Assembly (NCBI GenBank): GCA_025352785.1
Contig: JANXSD010000149.1
Location: 14,582 to 78,581, forward strand
Length of the DNA stretch: 64,000 bases
DNA from: Bacteroidota bacterium
GTDB lineage: Bacteria; Bacteroidota; Bacteroidia; AKYH767-A; OLB10
Direction: 5' to 3'
Every line of letters starts with the position of its first letter. Within the stretch, counting starts at the first letter, position 1. This document shows positions 18,886 through 28,949 of the stretch, one piece after another. The notes under the pieces were generated by a model. That model was given only the letters and a program-made list of their open reading frames with translations, was not told the origin of the DNA and searched no databases. The translations under genes and the position numbers were made by a program.

Positions 18886-19427
18886 CAGATAATTGTGGTA
18901 GGAGCATTTTTTCTTAGAAAAGCAGCTGTAATGAGTGATATGATTAATCCTCCAAATGTTTTATCCCAAAATTCTTGTGCAGAAATAGTTCCTGTAGTGA
19001 TTTTTTCAATGTTTTCAACAGACGCATTATAGATAGCCTCGCCAAACATCGACTTCGATAATTGTTCTGTTTGCTCTAGATACATTAAACTTTCTTGTTT
19101 AAATCGCTCCACAATTTGTGCATCAATAATTGTAGCAAACGACCAAACCATTAATGCAAAAAGAAATGCACCGCCACTAGCGGTAAGAAATCCGATTCTG
19201 AATCCTTGCCAATAACTGATGAAGTTCATCCCTTCATGATCACGGTAATGTTTAGTGCCTAAAACAATAAAAACTATTGGAATCCAAACACCAACCCATG
19301 AAATCTGACCAAGAGGGTTAAATCCAGTATAGTAAAGCAATAGGAACATTGCAAAGCTCGCTAGTCCGCTCATCGCACCAAAATTCAGGGCGGTTTTTAA
19401 TATTGGAGGTTGAATCATAGCGCGCAA
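18885..19427 (-). CDS. DUF4199-like small membrane protein
   Basis: 180 aa, four predicted transmembrane helices. Its stop overlaps the GT2 start (TGATG). Confidence 0.5.
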   Translation of the reverse strand: MRAMIQPPILKTALNFGAMSGLASFAMFLLLYYTGFNPLGQISWVGVWIPIVFIVLGTKHYRDHEGMNFISYWQGFRIGFLTASGGAFLFALMVWSFATIIDAQIVERFKQESLMYLEQTEQLSKSMFGEAIYNASVENIEKITTGTISAQEFWDKTFGGLIISLITAAFLRKNAPTTII

Positions 19428-19531
19428 ATTTAGTCGAAAATTAGGCTCGTTCGATCAAGATTTTATACCATTTTTATTTGAAAACAGAAAGGATTTGAAA
19501 TTTATAATCCAGACTATAAAGCACAAAAAAT

Positions 19532-19626
19532 GGGTAAGCTACTTATATCGCACCGCTCAACCACTTATCCTTGCTACCTTCCGGTCCTGGGGAGGTTCAT
19601 AGGAGCTGGTCGTATAAGACTTACCC
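19532..19626 (-). ncRNA. ffs: Signal recognition particle RNA (small, 4.5S-type)
   Basis: The minus strand reads GGGUAAGUCUUAUACGACCAGCUCCUAUGAACCUCCCCAGGACCGGAAGGUAGCAAGGAUAAGUGGUUGAGCGGUGCGAUAUAAGUAGCUUACCC. The ends pair (GGGUAAG/CUUACCC), and the conserved domain IV core CAGG-CCGGAAGG-AGCA is present; compare E. coli CAGGUCCGGAAGGAAGCAGCC. Confidence 0.8.
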
Positions 19627-19803
19627 ACTGCAAATATAAGTATATGGCTTTAGATTTGAAGCTAACTTCTATAGAAAAAATACTTTAAGCATTAATGTAT
19701 TGACTTTTAGCGTATTTATAAAATTGATTTACTATTTGATCTTTTATTAGAGGCAAGAATTTATAGCTTTGCAACTGAATACTTCTTCTTAAAACTTACC
19801 CCT

Positions 19804-20454
19804 ATGAAATTCTTTATTGATACTGCAAACCTTGATCAGATTCGTGAAGCGAATGATCTTGGAGTTCTTGATGGCGTTACAACAAATCCTTCTCTTATGG
19901 CTAAAGAAGGAATACGCGGTCAGAATAATATTTTAAAACACTATGTCGATATTTGTAATATCGTAGAAGGTGACGTAAGTGCCGAGGTGATTGCTGTGGA
20001 TTTCGAAGGCATGATTCGAGAAGGTGAATTGCTTGCGGAATTGCACCCTCAAATTGTCGTGAAAATTCCAATGATAAAAGATGGAATTAAAGCGATCAAA
20101 TATTTTTCGAATAAAGGAATTAAAACAAATTGCACTCTTGTTTTTTCTCCCGGTCAAGCGTTATTAGCAGCAAAAGCGGGAGCAACTTATGTTTCACCAT
20201 TTTTAGGACGATTAGATGATGTATCTACTGATGGTATTGCATTGATAGAACAAATTGTATTTATTTATAATAATTATGAATTCGAAACGCAAGTATTAGC
20301 AGCCTCTATCCGCGGACCATTACACATTATCAAATGTGCTGAAGTGGGCGCAGATGTTGCAACGTGTCCATTACAATCGATTTTAGATTTGTTAAAACAT
20401 CCATTAACGGATAGCGGTTTAGCAAAGTTCCTTTCAGATGCGGCTAAAGTTTAA
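19804..20454 (+). CDS. fsa: Fructose-6-phosphate aldolase / transaldolase family protein
   Basis: 216 aa; [31 protein letters not shown] is the diagnostic N-terminus. Confidence 0.9.
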   Translation: MKFFIDTANLDQIREANDLGVLDGVTTNPSLMAKEGIRGQNNILKHYVDICNIVEGDVSAEVIAVDFEGMIREGELLAELHPQIVVKIPMIKDGIKAIKYFSNKGIKTNCTLVFSPGQALLAAKAGATYVSPFLGRLDDVSTDGIALIEQIVFIYNNYEFETQVLAASIRGPLHIIKCAEVGADVATCPLQSILDLLKHPLTDSGLAKFLSDAAKV

Positions 20455-20477
20455 AAAAATCATTGGAGCATATTTAA

Positions 20478-20507
20478 AGGCTATTTCCATTGGGGATAGC
20501 CTTTTTT
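20478..20507 (+). terminator. Rho-independent terminator (aggctat...atagcct stem followed by a T6 run)
   Basis: Hairpin plus T-run read directly, 24 bp after the fsa stop. Confidence 0.6.
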
Positions 20508-20810
20508 GTGAACTGCAATTGAATATTTTATTTTGCATACCGAACACTAATACTTTTTGAACTTAGGCTAAATTTCGCTCTGATTTAATCCAATATTTTT
20601 GGTCTTTTCAATAGTACTTCATTAAAAAATTGTTCCATAGGCACAGCGATACATCGACTTTTTAAAAATTGTCTAGATAAAAAATCACTTCGTATTTTGG
20701 GGCAAAATAATAAATAGATTTGGTATTAAATCTATAAAATTCACACTTCGTTTTTATATAATTCTATATGGTGAGGTAATGACATATAATAATTGTTTAG
20801 TTTTATAGCG

Positions 20811-22592
20811 ATGCTTAGGAAGAAAATCACTGCCTTGCTTAATCGTTTTGCTCATTGGCGACTACGTCATATAGGTGATGATACTTTTTTGATTCTTGCA
20901 GCGGTTATAACAGGAATCATTACAAGTATTTGTGCTGTATTTTTAAAAATGTCGGTTAGTTATATTCAGAACTTGGTGCAGAAAGGTATTTTCGTGAATC
21001 AAGTGGAATGGATGTATCTTTTTTATCCGCTCATCGGAATTTTATTGTGCACTTTTTATGTTCAGATATTTTTGCATAGTGAACTTGGGAGAGGAACAGG
21101 TTTAGTCTTAGTTGCTATTAGAAAAAAATATGCAAATGTAGAGCGACATAAAATGTATTCACAAATGGTGAGTTCAATCTTGACTGTTGGATTTGGTGGA
21201 TCTGCTGGATTGGAAGCACCAATTGTAGTTACCGGTAGTGCTTACGGAAGTAGAATTGGAAATGCATTACGAATGACCTTGCGTGAGAAAACATTGTTGA
21301 TTGCATGTGGAGCGGCTGCTGGTATTTCTGCAATATTTAATTGCCCCATTGCAGGAGTGATATTTGCTATGGAAGTAATTTTAATACGAACAACTGTTCC
21401 AGCATTTATACCAATATTAATAGCTGCTGCAACATCATCATTAGTTTCGAAAATACTTTATTCTGGTCAACCTTTTTTTAGAATTACTGATGATTGGAAT
21501 GTTAATAGTACTCCATATTACATTGCCTTTGGATTGTTATGCGGACTACTTTCAGTTTATAACATCAGGATCTATTCGAAATGTGAACAGTGGTTTGCAA
21601 AGATTAAAAAACCGTATGTTGCAAGTATTATTTGTGGTACCTTACTTGGCGTTCTTGTATTTGTTTTTCCTCCATTATATGGAGAGGGATATTCCAATAT
21701 TTTAGGAATACTTCATGGCGATTTAAAACAATTGTTTTTACAATCACCGATGAATGGAATGATTAATCAGCATTTTGAGTTGTTGCTTTTTGGTTCCGCA
21801 TTGGCATTAACAAAAGTATTTGCAACATCATTAACAATTGGAGGAGGAGGTAATGGTGGTATGTTTGGTTCTTCTCTTTATGCTGGCGCATTCTTGGGAT
21901 TAATATTTACGGAAATAATAAAATTATCGGGACTTGCAGAATTAAATTCGATTCACTTTATTGTTATTGGAATGGCAGGTTTGCTTAGTGGAGTAATTCA
22001 CGCACCATTAACTGCAATATTTTTGATAGCTGAAATAACTGGCGGATATACTTTATTTATTCCATTAATGATTGTCTCGGCCTTATCGTATTTCATTACA
22101 AAATATTTCGAACCTTATTCTATTTATACTCGAAAATTAGCTAAACATGGATTATTAGTTTTGAATAATCCTGATCAAGATGTGTTGAACCATATTAGTT
22201 TAAAAAAACTTGTTGAAAATGATTTCGCTTCTGTTTCATTGAATGGAAAATTGGCTGAACTAATTGAAAAAATAGGCACTTCAAAACGTAATTTATTTCC
22301 TGTTTTAGATGATGAAGGTCAACTTCATGGTGTAATTGTTTTAGATGATATTCGTTCCATGATGTTTGATCAAAGCAAATATACTACCGTCGAAATTTCA
22401 GATATTATGATACGACCACCTGCAATTCTGGATATAGATGAAAATATGTCTTCAGTAATGCAAAAATTTGAATCTACAGAGGCATGGAACCTTCCTGTTA
22501 TAAAGGAAAATAAATATATCGGTTTTGTCTCAAAATCTAATATTTTTAACCGTTATAGGTCTCAATTAATAGAAGACCTCTCTAAAGAATAA
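20811..22592 (+). CDS. ClC-family chloride channel/antiporter with two C-terminal CBS domains
   Basis: Motifs GSAGLEAPIVVTGSA, GGGNGGMFGSSLYAGA and GVIHAPLTAIFLIAE, plus a C-terminal CBS pair. The ORF-track start at 20793 is a TTG, so I trimmed it to the ATG at 20811. Confidence 0.85.
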   Translation: MLRKKITALLNRFAHWRLRHIGDDTFLILAAVITGIITSICAVFLKMSVSYIQNLVQKGIFVNQVEWMYLFYPLIGILLCTFYVQIFLHSELGRGTGLVLVAIRKKYANVERHKMYSQMVSSILTVGFGGSAGLEAPIVVTGSAYGSRIGNALRMTLREKTLLIACGAAAGISAIFNCPIAGVIFAMEVILIRTTVPAFIPILIAAATSSLVSKILYSGQPFFRITDDWNVNSTPYYIAFGLLCGLLSVYNIRIYSKCEQWFAKIKKPYVASIICGTLLGVLVFVFPPLYGEGYSNILGILHGDLKQLFLQSPMNGMINQHFELLLFGSALALTKVFATSLTIGGGGNGGMFGSSLYAGAFLGLIFTEIIKLSGLAELNSIHFIVIGMAGLLSGVIHAPLTAIFLIAEITGGYTLFIPLMIVSALSYFITKYFEPYSIYTRKLAKHGLLVLNNPDQDVLNHISLKKLVENDFASVSLNGKLAELIEKIGTSKRNLFPVLDDEGQLHGVIVLDDIRSMMFDQSKYTTVEISDIMIRPPAILDIDENMSSVMQKFESTEAWNLPVIKENKYIGFVSKSNIFNRYRSQLIEDLSKE

Positions 22593-22610
22593 TTTACCAA
22601 TTTAAATAAT

Positions 22611-23045
22611 ATGACAAAAATACATTGCGCAAAAACTGAGCAAGATATCTTAAAGTGTACTCCAGTTATGAGTGCATTGCGACCGCAATTAAATATAGAA
22701 AATATTTTGCCTATCATTACTGGTATGATGAGTCGTGGTTACAATTTAATTTATATTATGGATAATGACATTGTCGTTGCAGCATCTGGATATCGATTTT
22801 CAGAGCATTTAGCGTGGGGGAAAGCAATATATATTGATGATTTAATCACATTGCCTGATTCGAGAAAATTAGGTAATGCAAGATTGTTATTGGATTACAT
22901 TTTTGAAGAAGCGCGTATCCATCATTGTGCACAAGTTCATTTAGACTCTGGTTGCATCCCTGCTCGATATGACGCACATCGCTTGTATCTTCGTTATGGA
23001 TTTAATATTACAAGTCATCATTTTGCGAGGAATGTAACTTCCTAA
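22611..23045 (+). CDS. GNAT-family N-acetyltransferase
   Basis: 144 aa with a GNAT-like core (IYIDDLITLPDSRKLGNARLLLDYIFEEA). Confidence 0.65.
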   Translation: MTKIHCAKTEQDILKCTPVMSALRPQLNIENILPIITGMMSRGYNLIYIMDNDIVVAASGYRFSEHLAWGKAIYIDDLITLPDSRKLGNARLLLDYIFEEARIHHCAQVHLDSGCIPARYDAHRLYLRYGFNITSHHFARNVTS

Positions 23046-23047
23046 AA

Positions 23048-23950
23048 TCATTTCACACTTTCAATAATTTGATTATAAATTGTCATAGATTTCTCTTCTG
23101 TTATCAATTGAAAATTACCTTGATGACGAAACCAAGTTAGTTGCCTTTTAGCATAATTCCTCGTATGTTGTTTGACAAGGTCAATCGCTTCATCCAGTGA
23201 GTTTATTCCATCGAGATGTTCGAAAAGTTCTTTGTACCCTACCGTATGAAGTGCGGAATGTTGTCGATATGGAATCAACGATTTTACTTCTTCTAGGAAA
23301 CCTTGATCTATCATACGATCCACTCGTTTGTTGATTCGATGGTATAATTTATCGCGAGTGAAATCAATTGCAAATGATGATATAGAATAAGAATTTATTT
23401 TCTCCTTCTTTCCAAGATAAAATGAATAAGGATTACCCGTTGTTCTATAAATCTCCAAAGCTCTAATCACGCGTTGATGATTTTGTTGATCAACTTTTTC
23501 AAAATAGAATTGATCATTTTTTTTTAATTCATCAAGTAAAGGTAGGAGGCCATGGGTTTTAAATTCAGCTTTTAATGCTTGGCGATGATGGTCATCAACT
23601 TTTGGTAAATTATCTAAACCATATAAAAGAGCATTAATATATAATCCTGAACCACCAACTAAAATGACAACGTCTTTCTTTTGAAATAAATCATTTAATA
23701 TTTCTTGTGCGGCAATCGAATATGTTCCAGCATTGAGGTGTTCATTTATAGAATGACTATTAATAAAATGATGTTTAGCGAGCGACAACTCTACTTCCGT
23801 TGGTTTCGCTGTTCCTATAGTTAGTTCTTTATAAAACTGTCTAGAGTCAGCAGAAATAATTTCTGTATTAAAATAAATAGCAAGTTGAATGGCTAGAGCT
23901 GTTTTTCCAGATGCAGTAGGACCACCAATTACAATTAATTTTTTCTGCAT
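23048..23950 (-). CDS. miaA: tRNA dimethylallyltransferase
   Basis: Starts IVIGGPTASGKTALAIQLA; 300 aa. Confidence 0.9.
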   Translation of the reverse strand: MQKKLIVIGGPTASGKTALAIQLAIYFNTEIISADSRQFYKELTIGTAKPTEVELSLAKHHFINSHSINEHLNAGTYSIAAQEILNDLFQKKDVVILVGGSGLYINALLYGLDNLPKVDDHHRQALKAEFKTHGLLPLLDELKKNDQFYFEKVDQQNHQRVIRALEIYRTTGNPYSFYLGKKEKINSYSISSFAIDFTRDKLYHRINKRVDRMIDQGFLEEVKSLIPYRQHSALHTVGYKELFEHLDGINSLDEAIDLVKQHTRNYAKRQLTWFRHQGNFQLITEEKSMTIYNQIIESVK

Positions 23951-23962
23951 AATTATTTCAAT

Positions 23963-23995
23963 AAAAAAACCACAATTTTTATTTGTGGTTTTTAT
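23963..23995 (-). terminator. Intrinsic terminator hairpin (aaaccacaa/ttgtggttt) followed by a U-run on the minus strand
   Basis: Inverted repeat with flanking A/T runs, between the 24021 gene stop and the miaA start. Confidence 0.6.
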
Positions 23996-24020
23996 CTATC
24001 AATCAATACTATTGATTTAA

Positions 24021-24713
24021 TTAAAATTCTTCTTGTTTATCATCATCTCCTTCAGCGAAATCGGCTTCACTATCATCACCATCTTCAGGTAAAGCATCCT
24101 CTTCACCTTCTTCTCCCATCCCTGCTATTTCTTCTTCATCAACACCATCTTCGGGTTCATCCATCATATTATCGGAAACTTCATCTTCTTCATCGTTGTC
24201 AATCATATCAACAACTGCTGCTCCTTTTAATCCACCCATTAATAATTTATCGAGTTCGTTTTCTTCTGCTACAACATTTTTAGGTACGGATGTTATTTTA
24301 TATTGTTTCGGAGCTTCACCAACGGACTTAACGCAAACGGGATAATTTCTTGCGATATCTGCTTGCGGTAAAATTTTTACAAGTTCAATTCTAAAAAACC
24401 ATGATGAATCATAATCCGAATGGTAAATAATTTTTTGATGCGGATCTATAATATAAGTACTCAGTTTCGCATCTTTCATCAATGGTGTAATGACACCATC
24501 TTTATCAACACCTGCTTGCAAACTAATTTCTTGTCCTTTAATCCAGTATTCGTTACTGATAAAAAATGAAGCAGGTTTTGTTGAGTCAAATCCAACGCAT
24601 GATTGGATATTTAAATGTAACTCTTCAAAGGTTTGAGTGCTTTTTATTTCTATGTCGCGGATCACATCATCGTAATCTTCGAAGGAAATTCGGAATTTAA
24701 ATACTGTTGGCAT
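24021..24713 (-). CDS. pRiA4b ORF-3-like (PF07929-type) domain protein with a poly-acidic C-terminal tail
   Basis: The N-terminal ~140 aa (FKFRISFEDYDDVIRDIEI..FEELHLNIQSCVGF...H.KIIY) fit the PRiA4_ORF3 pattern as I remember it. The C-terminal ~80 aa are rich in D and E. Confidence 0.45.
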   Translation of the reverse strand: MPTVFKFRISFEDYDDVIRDIEIKSTQTFEELHLNIQSCVGFDSTKPASFFISNEYWIKGQEISLQAGVDKDGVITPLMKDAKLSTYIIDPHQKIIYHSDYDSSWFFRIELVKILPQADIARNYPVCVKSVGEAPKQYKITSVPKNVVAEENELDKLLMGGLKGAAVVDMIDNDEEDEVSDNMMDEPEDGVDEEEIAGMGEEGEEDALPEDGDDSEADFAEGDDDKQEEF

Positions 24714-24766
24714 TTTTATTTATTATATTTACAAAGGTACACGCCCATATTTAAGGAGCAAAATTT

Positions 24767-26197
24767 TTAAGGAATAATAATTACAGGATTTAAGCCCATT
24801 TTGGCAGCTTTATCGATTAATAATTTACAGGCTTCGGTATATTCATTGGGAATTTCTCCGTCTAATATAGCTTCTCGAATTGCATTTTTCAATATTCCAA
24901 CTTCTCTACCTGGCTTTAAATCGAATACTTGCATTATAAATTCACCAGAAATTGGAGGCTGCCAATTACGTACTCTATCTTTTTCTTCAACTTCAATAAG
25001 TTTCTGCTGAACCAATTCGAAATTAGACCTGTATTTGCGCTGTTTAAATTCATTTTTAGTAGTAACATCAGCATGGCAAAGTTTCATCAAATCCTCAATT
25101 TCATCTCCAGCTTCAAATAATAATCTCCGTACAGCTGAATCCGTTACTTCATTTTTTGCCAATACGATAGGACGTAAATGTAATAATACTAATTTCTGAA
25201 CATATTTCATCTTTTCATTTAATGGCAACTTTAAATGACGAAAGATTGTGGGAACCATTCTCGCACCTTTCTCTTCATGGCCGTGAAATGTCCAGCCATG
25301 TTCAACTTCAAATCGTTTAGTCGCGGGCTTTGCTATATCGTGCAAAATTGCTGCCCAACGAAGCCATAAATTATTGGTGGTGGAGCATATATTATCAAGT
25401 ACTTCTAATGTATGATAGAAATTATCTTTATGACTTTTTCCATCTATAGTTTCTACTCCGTAAAGAAGAGTAAATTGAGGAAAAATCAAATGCAACAACC
25501 CTGTATCAAACAATAATTTAAAACCAATTGATGGCTTAAGAGAAAGTATAATTTTATTCAATTCATCACTTACTCTTTCCATACTTATGATCGATATACG
25601 AGCACATTGCGACTTGATTGCCTCTAATGAAGTCGCTTCAATAGTGAAATTTAATTGGGTTGCAAAACGGATTGCTCGCATCATTCTTAAAGGATCATCG
25701 GAATAAGTTATTTCTGGTTCCAATGGAGTTCGAATAATCCCATTTTTAAGATCTGATAAACCATTAAATGGATCTAGTAACATTCCATAATCATCAGCAT
25801 TCAAACTAATCGCTAGTGCATTAATAGTAAAATCTCGCCGTTTTTGATCATCATCAAGAGTCCCACTTATCACATCTGGCTTTCGTGAATCATTTCGATA
25901 AGATTCTTTTCGAGCACCAACAAATTCAATTTCATAATCCTCCAGCCTTATCATGGCCGTTCCGAAGTTTTTAAACACAGAAACATTAACAGCGTTTCCC
26001 AATCTTGCTGCTAACAAATTAGCCACTTTTATTCCATCACCAATTACAACAATGTCAATGTCTTTGCATGAGCGGTTTAGAAGTAAATCTCTAACAAAAC
26101 CACCAATTACATAAGACGCTACTTTTTCCTCTTTGCAAATAGTTGCAATTCTTTCAAAAACAGGATGTTCTAAATTAATTTGGATGCCAGTATTCAA
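24767..26197 (-). CDS. CCA-adding / poly(A)-polymerase family nucleotidyltransferase with HD domain
   Basis: Motifs [20 protein letters not shown] and [10 protein letters not shown], followed by an HD region (HTLEVL..H.H..GH). Confidence 0.85.
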   Translation of the reverse strand: MNTGIQINLEHPVFERIATICKEEKVASYVIGGFVRDLLLNRSCKDIDIVVIGDGIKVANLLAARLGNAVNVSVFKNFGTAMIRLEDYEIEFVGARKESYRNDSRKPDVISGTLDDDQKRRDFTINALAISLNADDYGMLLDPFNGLSDLKNGIIRTPLEPEITYSDDPLRMMRAIRFATQLNFTIEATSLEAIKSQCARISIISMERVSDELNKIILSLKPSIGFKLLFDTGLLHLIFPQFTLLYGVETIDGKSHKDNFYHTLEVLDNICSTTNNLWLRWAAILHDIAKPATKRFEVEHGWTFHGHEEKGARMVPTIFRHLKLPLNEKMKYVQKLVLLHLRPIVLAKNEVTDSAVRRLLFEAGDEIEDLMKLCHADVTTKNEFKQRKYRSNFELVQQKLIEVEEKDRVRNWQPPISGEFIMQVFDLKPGREVGILKNAIREAILDGEIPNEYTEACKLLIDKAAKMGLNPVIIIP

Positions 26198-26380
26198 TTT
26201 GAGTAAAATCTTTGTACTGCAAAGGTATTAAAAGCGAGGGCAGAGGCGAAAAGTATTCGAAGAAACTATATTTGATTAAAATGTTGTACTTTCATCTTAC
26301 GAAAAGTCAAATGTTTGTGATATTTCTCTTGTTTTACAAGTTCAATTCTCTGTAATTTAACAACATATAAAAATCAATTC

Positions 26381-26761
26381 ATGGAACAAAAATTAATTTA
26401 CGAACAACATACAGAGCATATCGAATGGCTCAACAAACTTGCTTTCTATAAAGATGATATTAAAATTTTAAGAGATCGTTTGTCGGAAGTTGCTTTAAAG
26501 AATACCAACACAGATATTCAAGCAAATGTGGAAAGTTTCGAAAATCAATTTATTGTTCAAAAAGAGCAAAATGATATTTTGCGTCATGATATAAAGCAAT
26601 ATGAAAATGTAATTGAAAAAATCATTAATGAAAATCCAATAGCATCTGATCACAAGAAGACGGATGATCAAGTTCGTTTGCGAGATTCAATAATGACCTA
26701 TGAAAAAATATTTGCTGAAATGCGTAAAGATCTTATCGATTTTTTAGCTAAGTGGATGTAG
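26381..26761 (+). CDS. Hypothetical coiled-coil protein
   Basis: 126 aa, charged helical, no motif recognised. Confidence 0.35.
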   Translation: MEQKLIYEQHTEHIEWLNKLAFYKDDIKILRDRLSEVALKNTNTDIQANVESFENQFIVQKEQNDILRHDIKQYENVIEKIINENPIASDHKKTDDQVRLRDSIMTYEKIFAEMRKDLIDFLAKWM

Positions 26762-26809
26762 TTTAAATTAATGCAAAAGATTAATTAGTTTTTAAATAGC
26801 TGTATTTGG

Positions 26810-26847
26810 TTACTAATTGCATCTTAATAGTAAGATGCAATTAGTAA
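26810..26847. terminator. Perfect 17-bp stem hairpin (ttactaattgcatctta / taagatgcaattagtaa, loop atag) between convergent genes
   Basis: Exact palindrome read from the sequence, between the stops at 26761 (+) and 26858 (-). Confidence 0.65.
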
Positions 26848-26857
26848 TATTATAATT

Positions 26858-27850
26858 TCATTTTTTCTCTATCACTTTCACCACTGAAAAACCTTTAATT
26901 TCTTTTCCAATCTCAATAAATGTTTTCATGTTTAATGGGAATTCAAGAAATACATGAAGGAAACTTAAGAAGAATAAAAACTTCAATCCGCTATGGTAAT
27001 CATACGCATAAACGACAATGGAGAGTATCCACAATGTAAGTGTAGCAATTAAATAGCGTCGATCAACAAGATGCCATTTTATGATGGAGGTTTTGCTAAA
27101 CCAATTTAGATAATGATAGGTATATGCAAAGGCAATAAACCGCATCACTTTAAATCCTATTGACGATGTAAAAATTGGTTGTAATGATTGAGTATCGAAA
27201 CTTTTTAAATCTTTAAGGTTGGTAATGTTGATGAGGTAATGATTTACTACTGAGAAATCTTTATAAGTGTTTCTTACATAATCACCAACTTGATATGTTA
27301 ATGATTCTGGAACAAAAAAGAAGAAACTTAATGCGCATAGTACAAATACTATTAATGAAATTATCCCAGTACTACTTTTCGATTTTATGGCTCCATAGAA
27401 AATAAATGAACCCGTAAAAATAAATACATGAATAATTGTTGGCAAGAAGATTAAAAAGAACACTAAATAAAATGTGGAATTATTAAAAAATGAGGCTGAT
27501 ATAAAAATCAAGAGTATCGCAATTCCTTTTAAGTACCAATCTTTCATTAAATAAAATGCAAGGGCAGAAAACAACGCGAGGTATGGCGCAAACATCGAAA
27601 TTTTGTGAAATTGTCGGAAACCTAGATTGGCTAAAGTTGCAAATATGGCAAGTAATAGTAACCATAAAAAATCATATTTTCCTTTAACAAAATAATTGCG
27701 TTGATGTAGCCATGATATTTCTGTAAGATAATGCAATGGCCCTAATACCGCATAGGAAAACAGGAATAACTCGAAGGGAATAATGTAAGCCACAATACAG
27801 GAAATGAGCATTAATCCAATATTAAGCAAGTTAAGTTCCCTTCCGTTCAT
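26858..27850 (-). CDS. Polytopic integral membrane protein of unknown function
   Basis: 330 aa, about 9 hydrophobic segments, no recognisable family motif. Confidence 0.4.
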   Translation of the reverse strand: MNGRELNLLNIGLMLISCIVAYIIPFELFLFSYAVLGPLHYLTEISWLHQRNYFVKGKYDFLWLLLLAIFATLANLGFRQFHKISMFAPYLALFSALAFYLMKDWYLKGIAILLIFISASFFNNSTFYLVFFLIFLPTIIHVFIFTGSFIFYGAIKSKSSTGIISLIVFVLCALSFFFFVPESLTYQVGDYVRNTYKDFSVVNHYLINITNLKDLKSFDTQSLQPIFTSSIGFKVMRFIAFAYTYHYLNWFSKTSIIKWHLVDRRYLIATLTLWILSIVVYAYDYHSGLKFLFFLSFLHVFLEFPLNMKTFIEIGKEIKGFSVVKVIEKK

Positions 27851-27979
27851 TGTAATATTATTTATCGCTGAAAATTACAAAGAATCTCTATCGAAATATA
27901 TTTTCTGATTGATGTTTCTCTTTTTAATTATTCAAATACAAATTCTTACATTGCTTACCTTTACGGCAAAGTTTATTCT

Positions 27980-28909
27980 ATGAAATTAAATACAACGGTT
28001 AAATTACATGATCTCGCCAATTTGGTTGATGCACGTGTAATTGGTGATGGTAACATGCTTGTAACGGGGATTAATGAGATTCATCGTGTTGAAAAAGGTG
28101 ATATCACCTTTGTTGATCATCCTAAATATTATGATAAAGCCCTTAATTCAGCAGCCACTTATGTGATTATCAATAAAGAAGTTGAACCTCCCCTAGGAAA
28201 AGCACTCTTGTTTTCTGATGATCCATTCCGTGATTATGTTTTCCTTACCAAAAATTTCATGCCTTTTGAACCAAGTAATCAAGCAATTCATCCATCTGTA
28301 ATAATCGGTGAAGGCACTGTGATTCAACCTAATGTTTCAATTGGACCCCATGTAGTTATTGGGAAAAATTGCATTATCCATAGTGGTGTTGTAATTTATG
28401 ATCATACAATTATTGGTAACAATGTTATTTTGCAAGCAAATGTTGTATTGGGTGCCGATGCTTTCTACTTTAAACGTCGCCCTGATTTTTATGATAAAAT
28501 GTATTCGTGCGGACGAGTAATTATTGAGGATAATGTAGAATTGGGGGCTTGTACAACGATAGATCGCGGTGTGTCGTCCGATACGAAAATTGGCAAGGGC
28601 ACTAAATTCGACAATCATGTGCATATTGGGCATGATACTGTAGTTGGTGAAAATTGTTTATTTGCCGCTCAAGTTGGAATTGGTGGTTGTGTAAATATTG
28701 AAGATAATGTGATTCTTTGGGGACAAGTGGGTTGTCAAAAGGATCTTACTATAGGGGCAGGAGCTGTAGTGCTTGGGCAAAGTGGCATAGGTAAAACATT
28801 AGCTGGAAACAGAACCTATTTTGGAAGTCCCGCAGTGGATGCAAGACAAATGATGAAGGAAATCGCCCTTATCCGTAGGCTACCAGAACTTGTTGAAAAA
28901 TTGAAATAG
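27980..28909 (+). CDS. lpxD: UDP-3-O-acylglucosamine N-acyltransferase (left-handed beta-helix); short LpxD paralog
   Basis: N-terminal LpxD-type domain (LHDLANLVDARVIGDG) followed by hexapeptide repeats. 309 aa is shorter than canonical LpxD. Confidence 0.75.
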   Translation: MKLNTTVKLHDLANLVDARVIGDGNMLVTGINEIHRVEKGDITFVDHPKYYDKALNSAATYVIINKEVEPPLGKALLFSDDPFRDYVFLTKNFMPFEPSNQAIHPSVIIGEGTVIQPNVSIGPHVVIGKNCIIHSGVVIYDHTIIGNNVILQANVVLGADAFYFKRRPDFYDKMYSCGRVIIEDNVELGACTTIDRGVSSDTKIGKGTKFDNHVHIGHDTVVGENCLFAAQVGIGGCVNIEDNVILWGQVGCQKDLTIGAGAVVLGQSGIGKTLAGNRTYFGSPAVDARQMMKEIALIRRLPELVEKLK

Positions 28910-28949
28910 GAAAGTAAAAATGGACTCATTTGCTCATTAGCTTCGTAAA

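Noticed and set aside
20510-20810. Possible fluoride (crcB) riboswitch upstream of the ClC channel gene
   Set aside because: Only a loose UAAUGAC-like fragment (20776-20784) is present. The conserved GGCGAUGG...AAACGC helix elements are absent. The channel carries CBS domains, unlike typical ClC-F.
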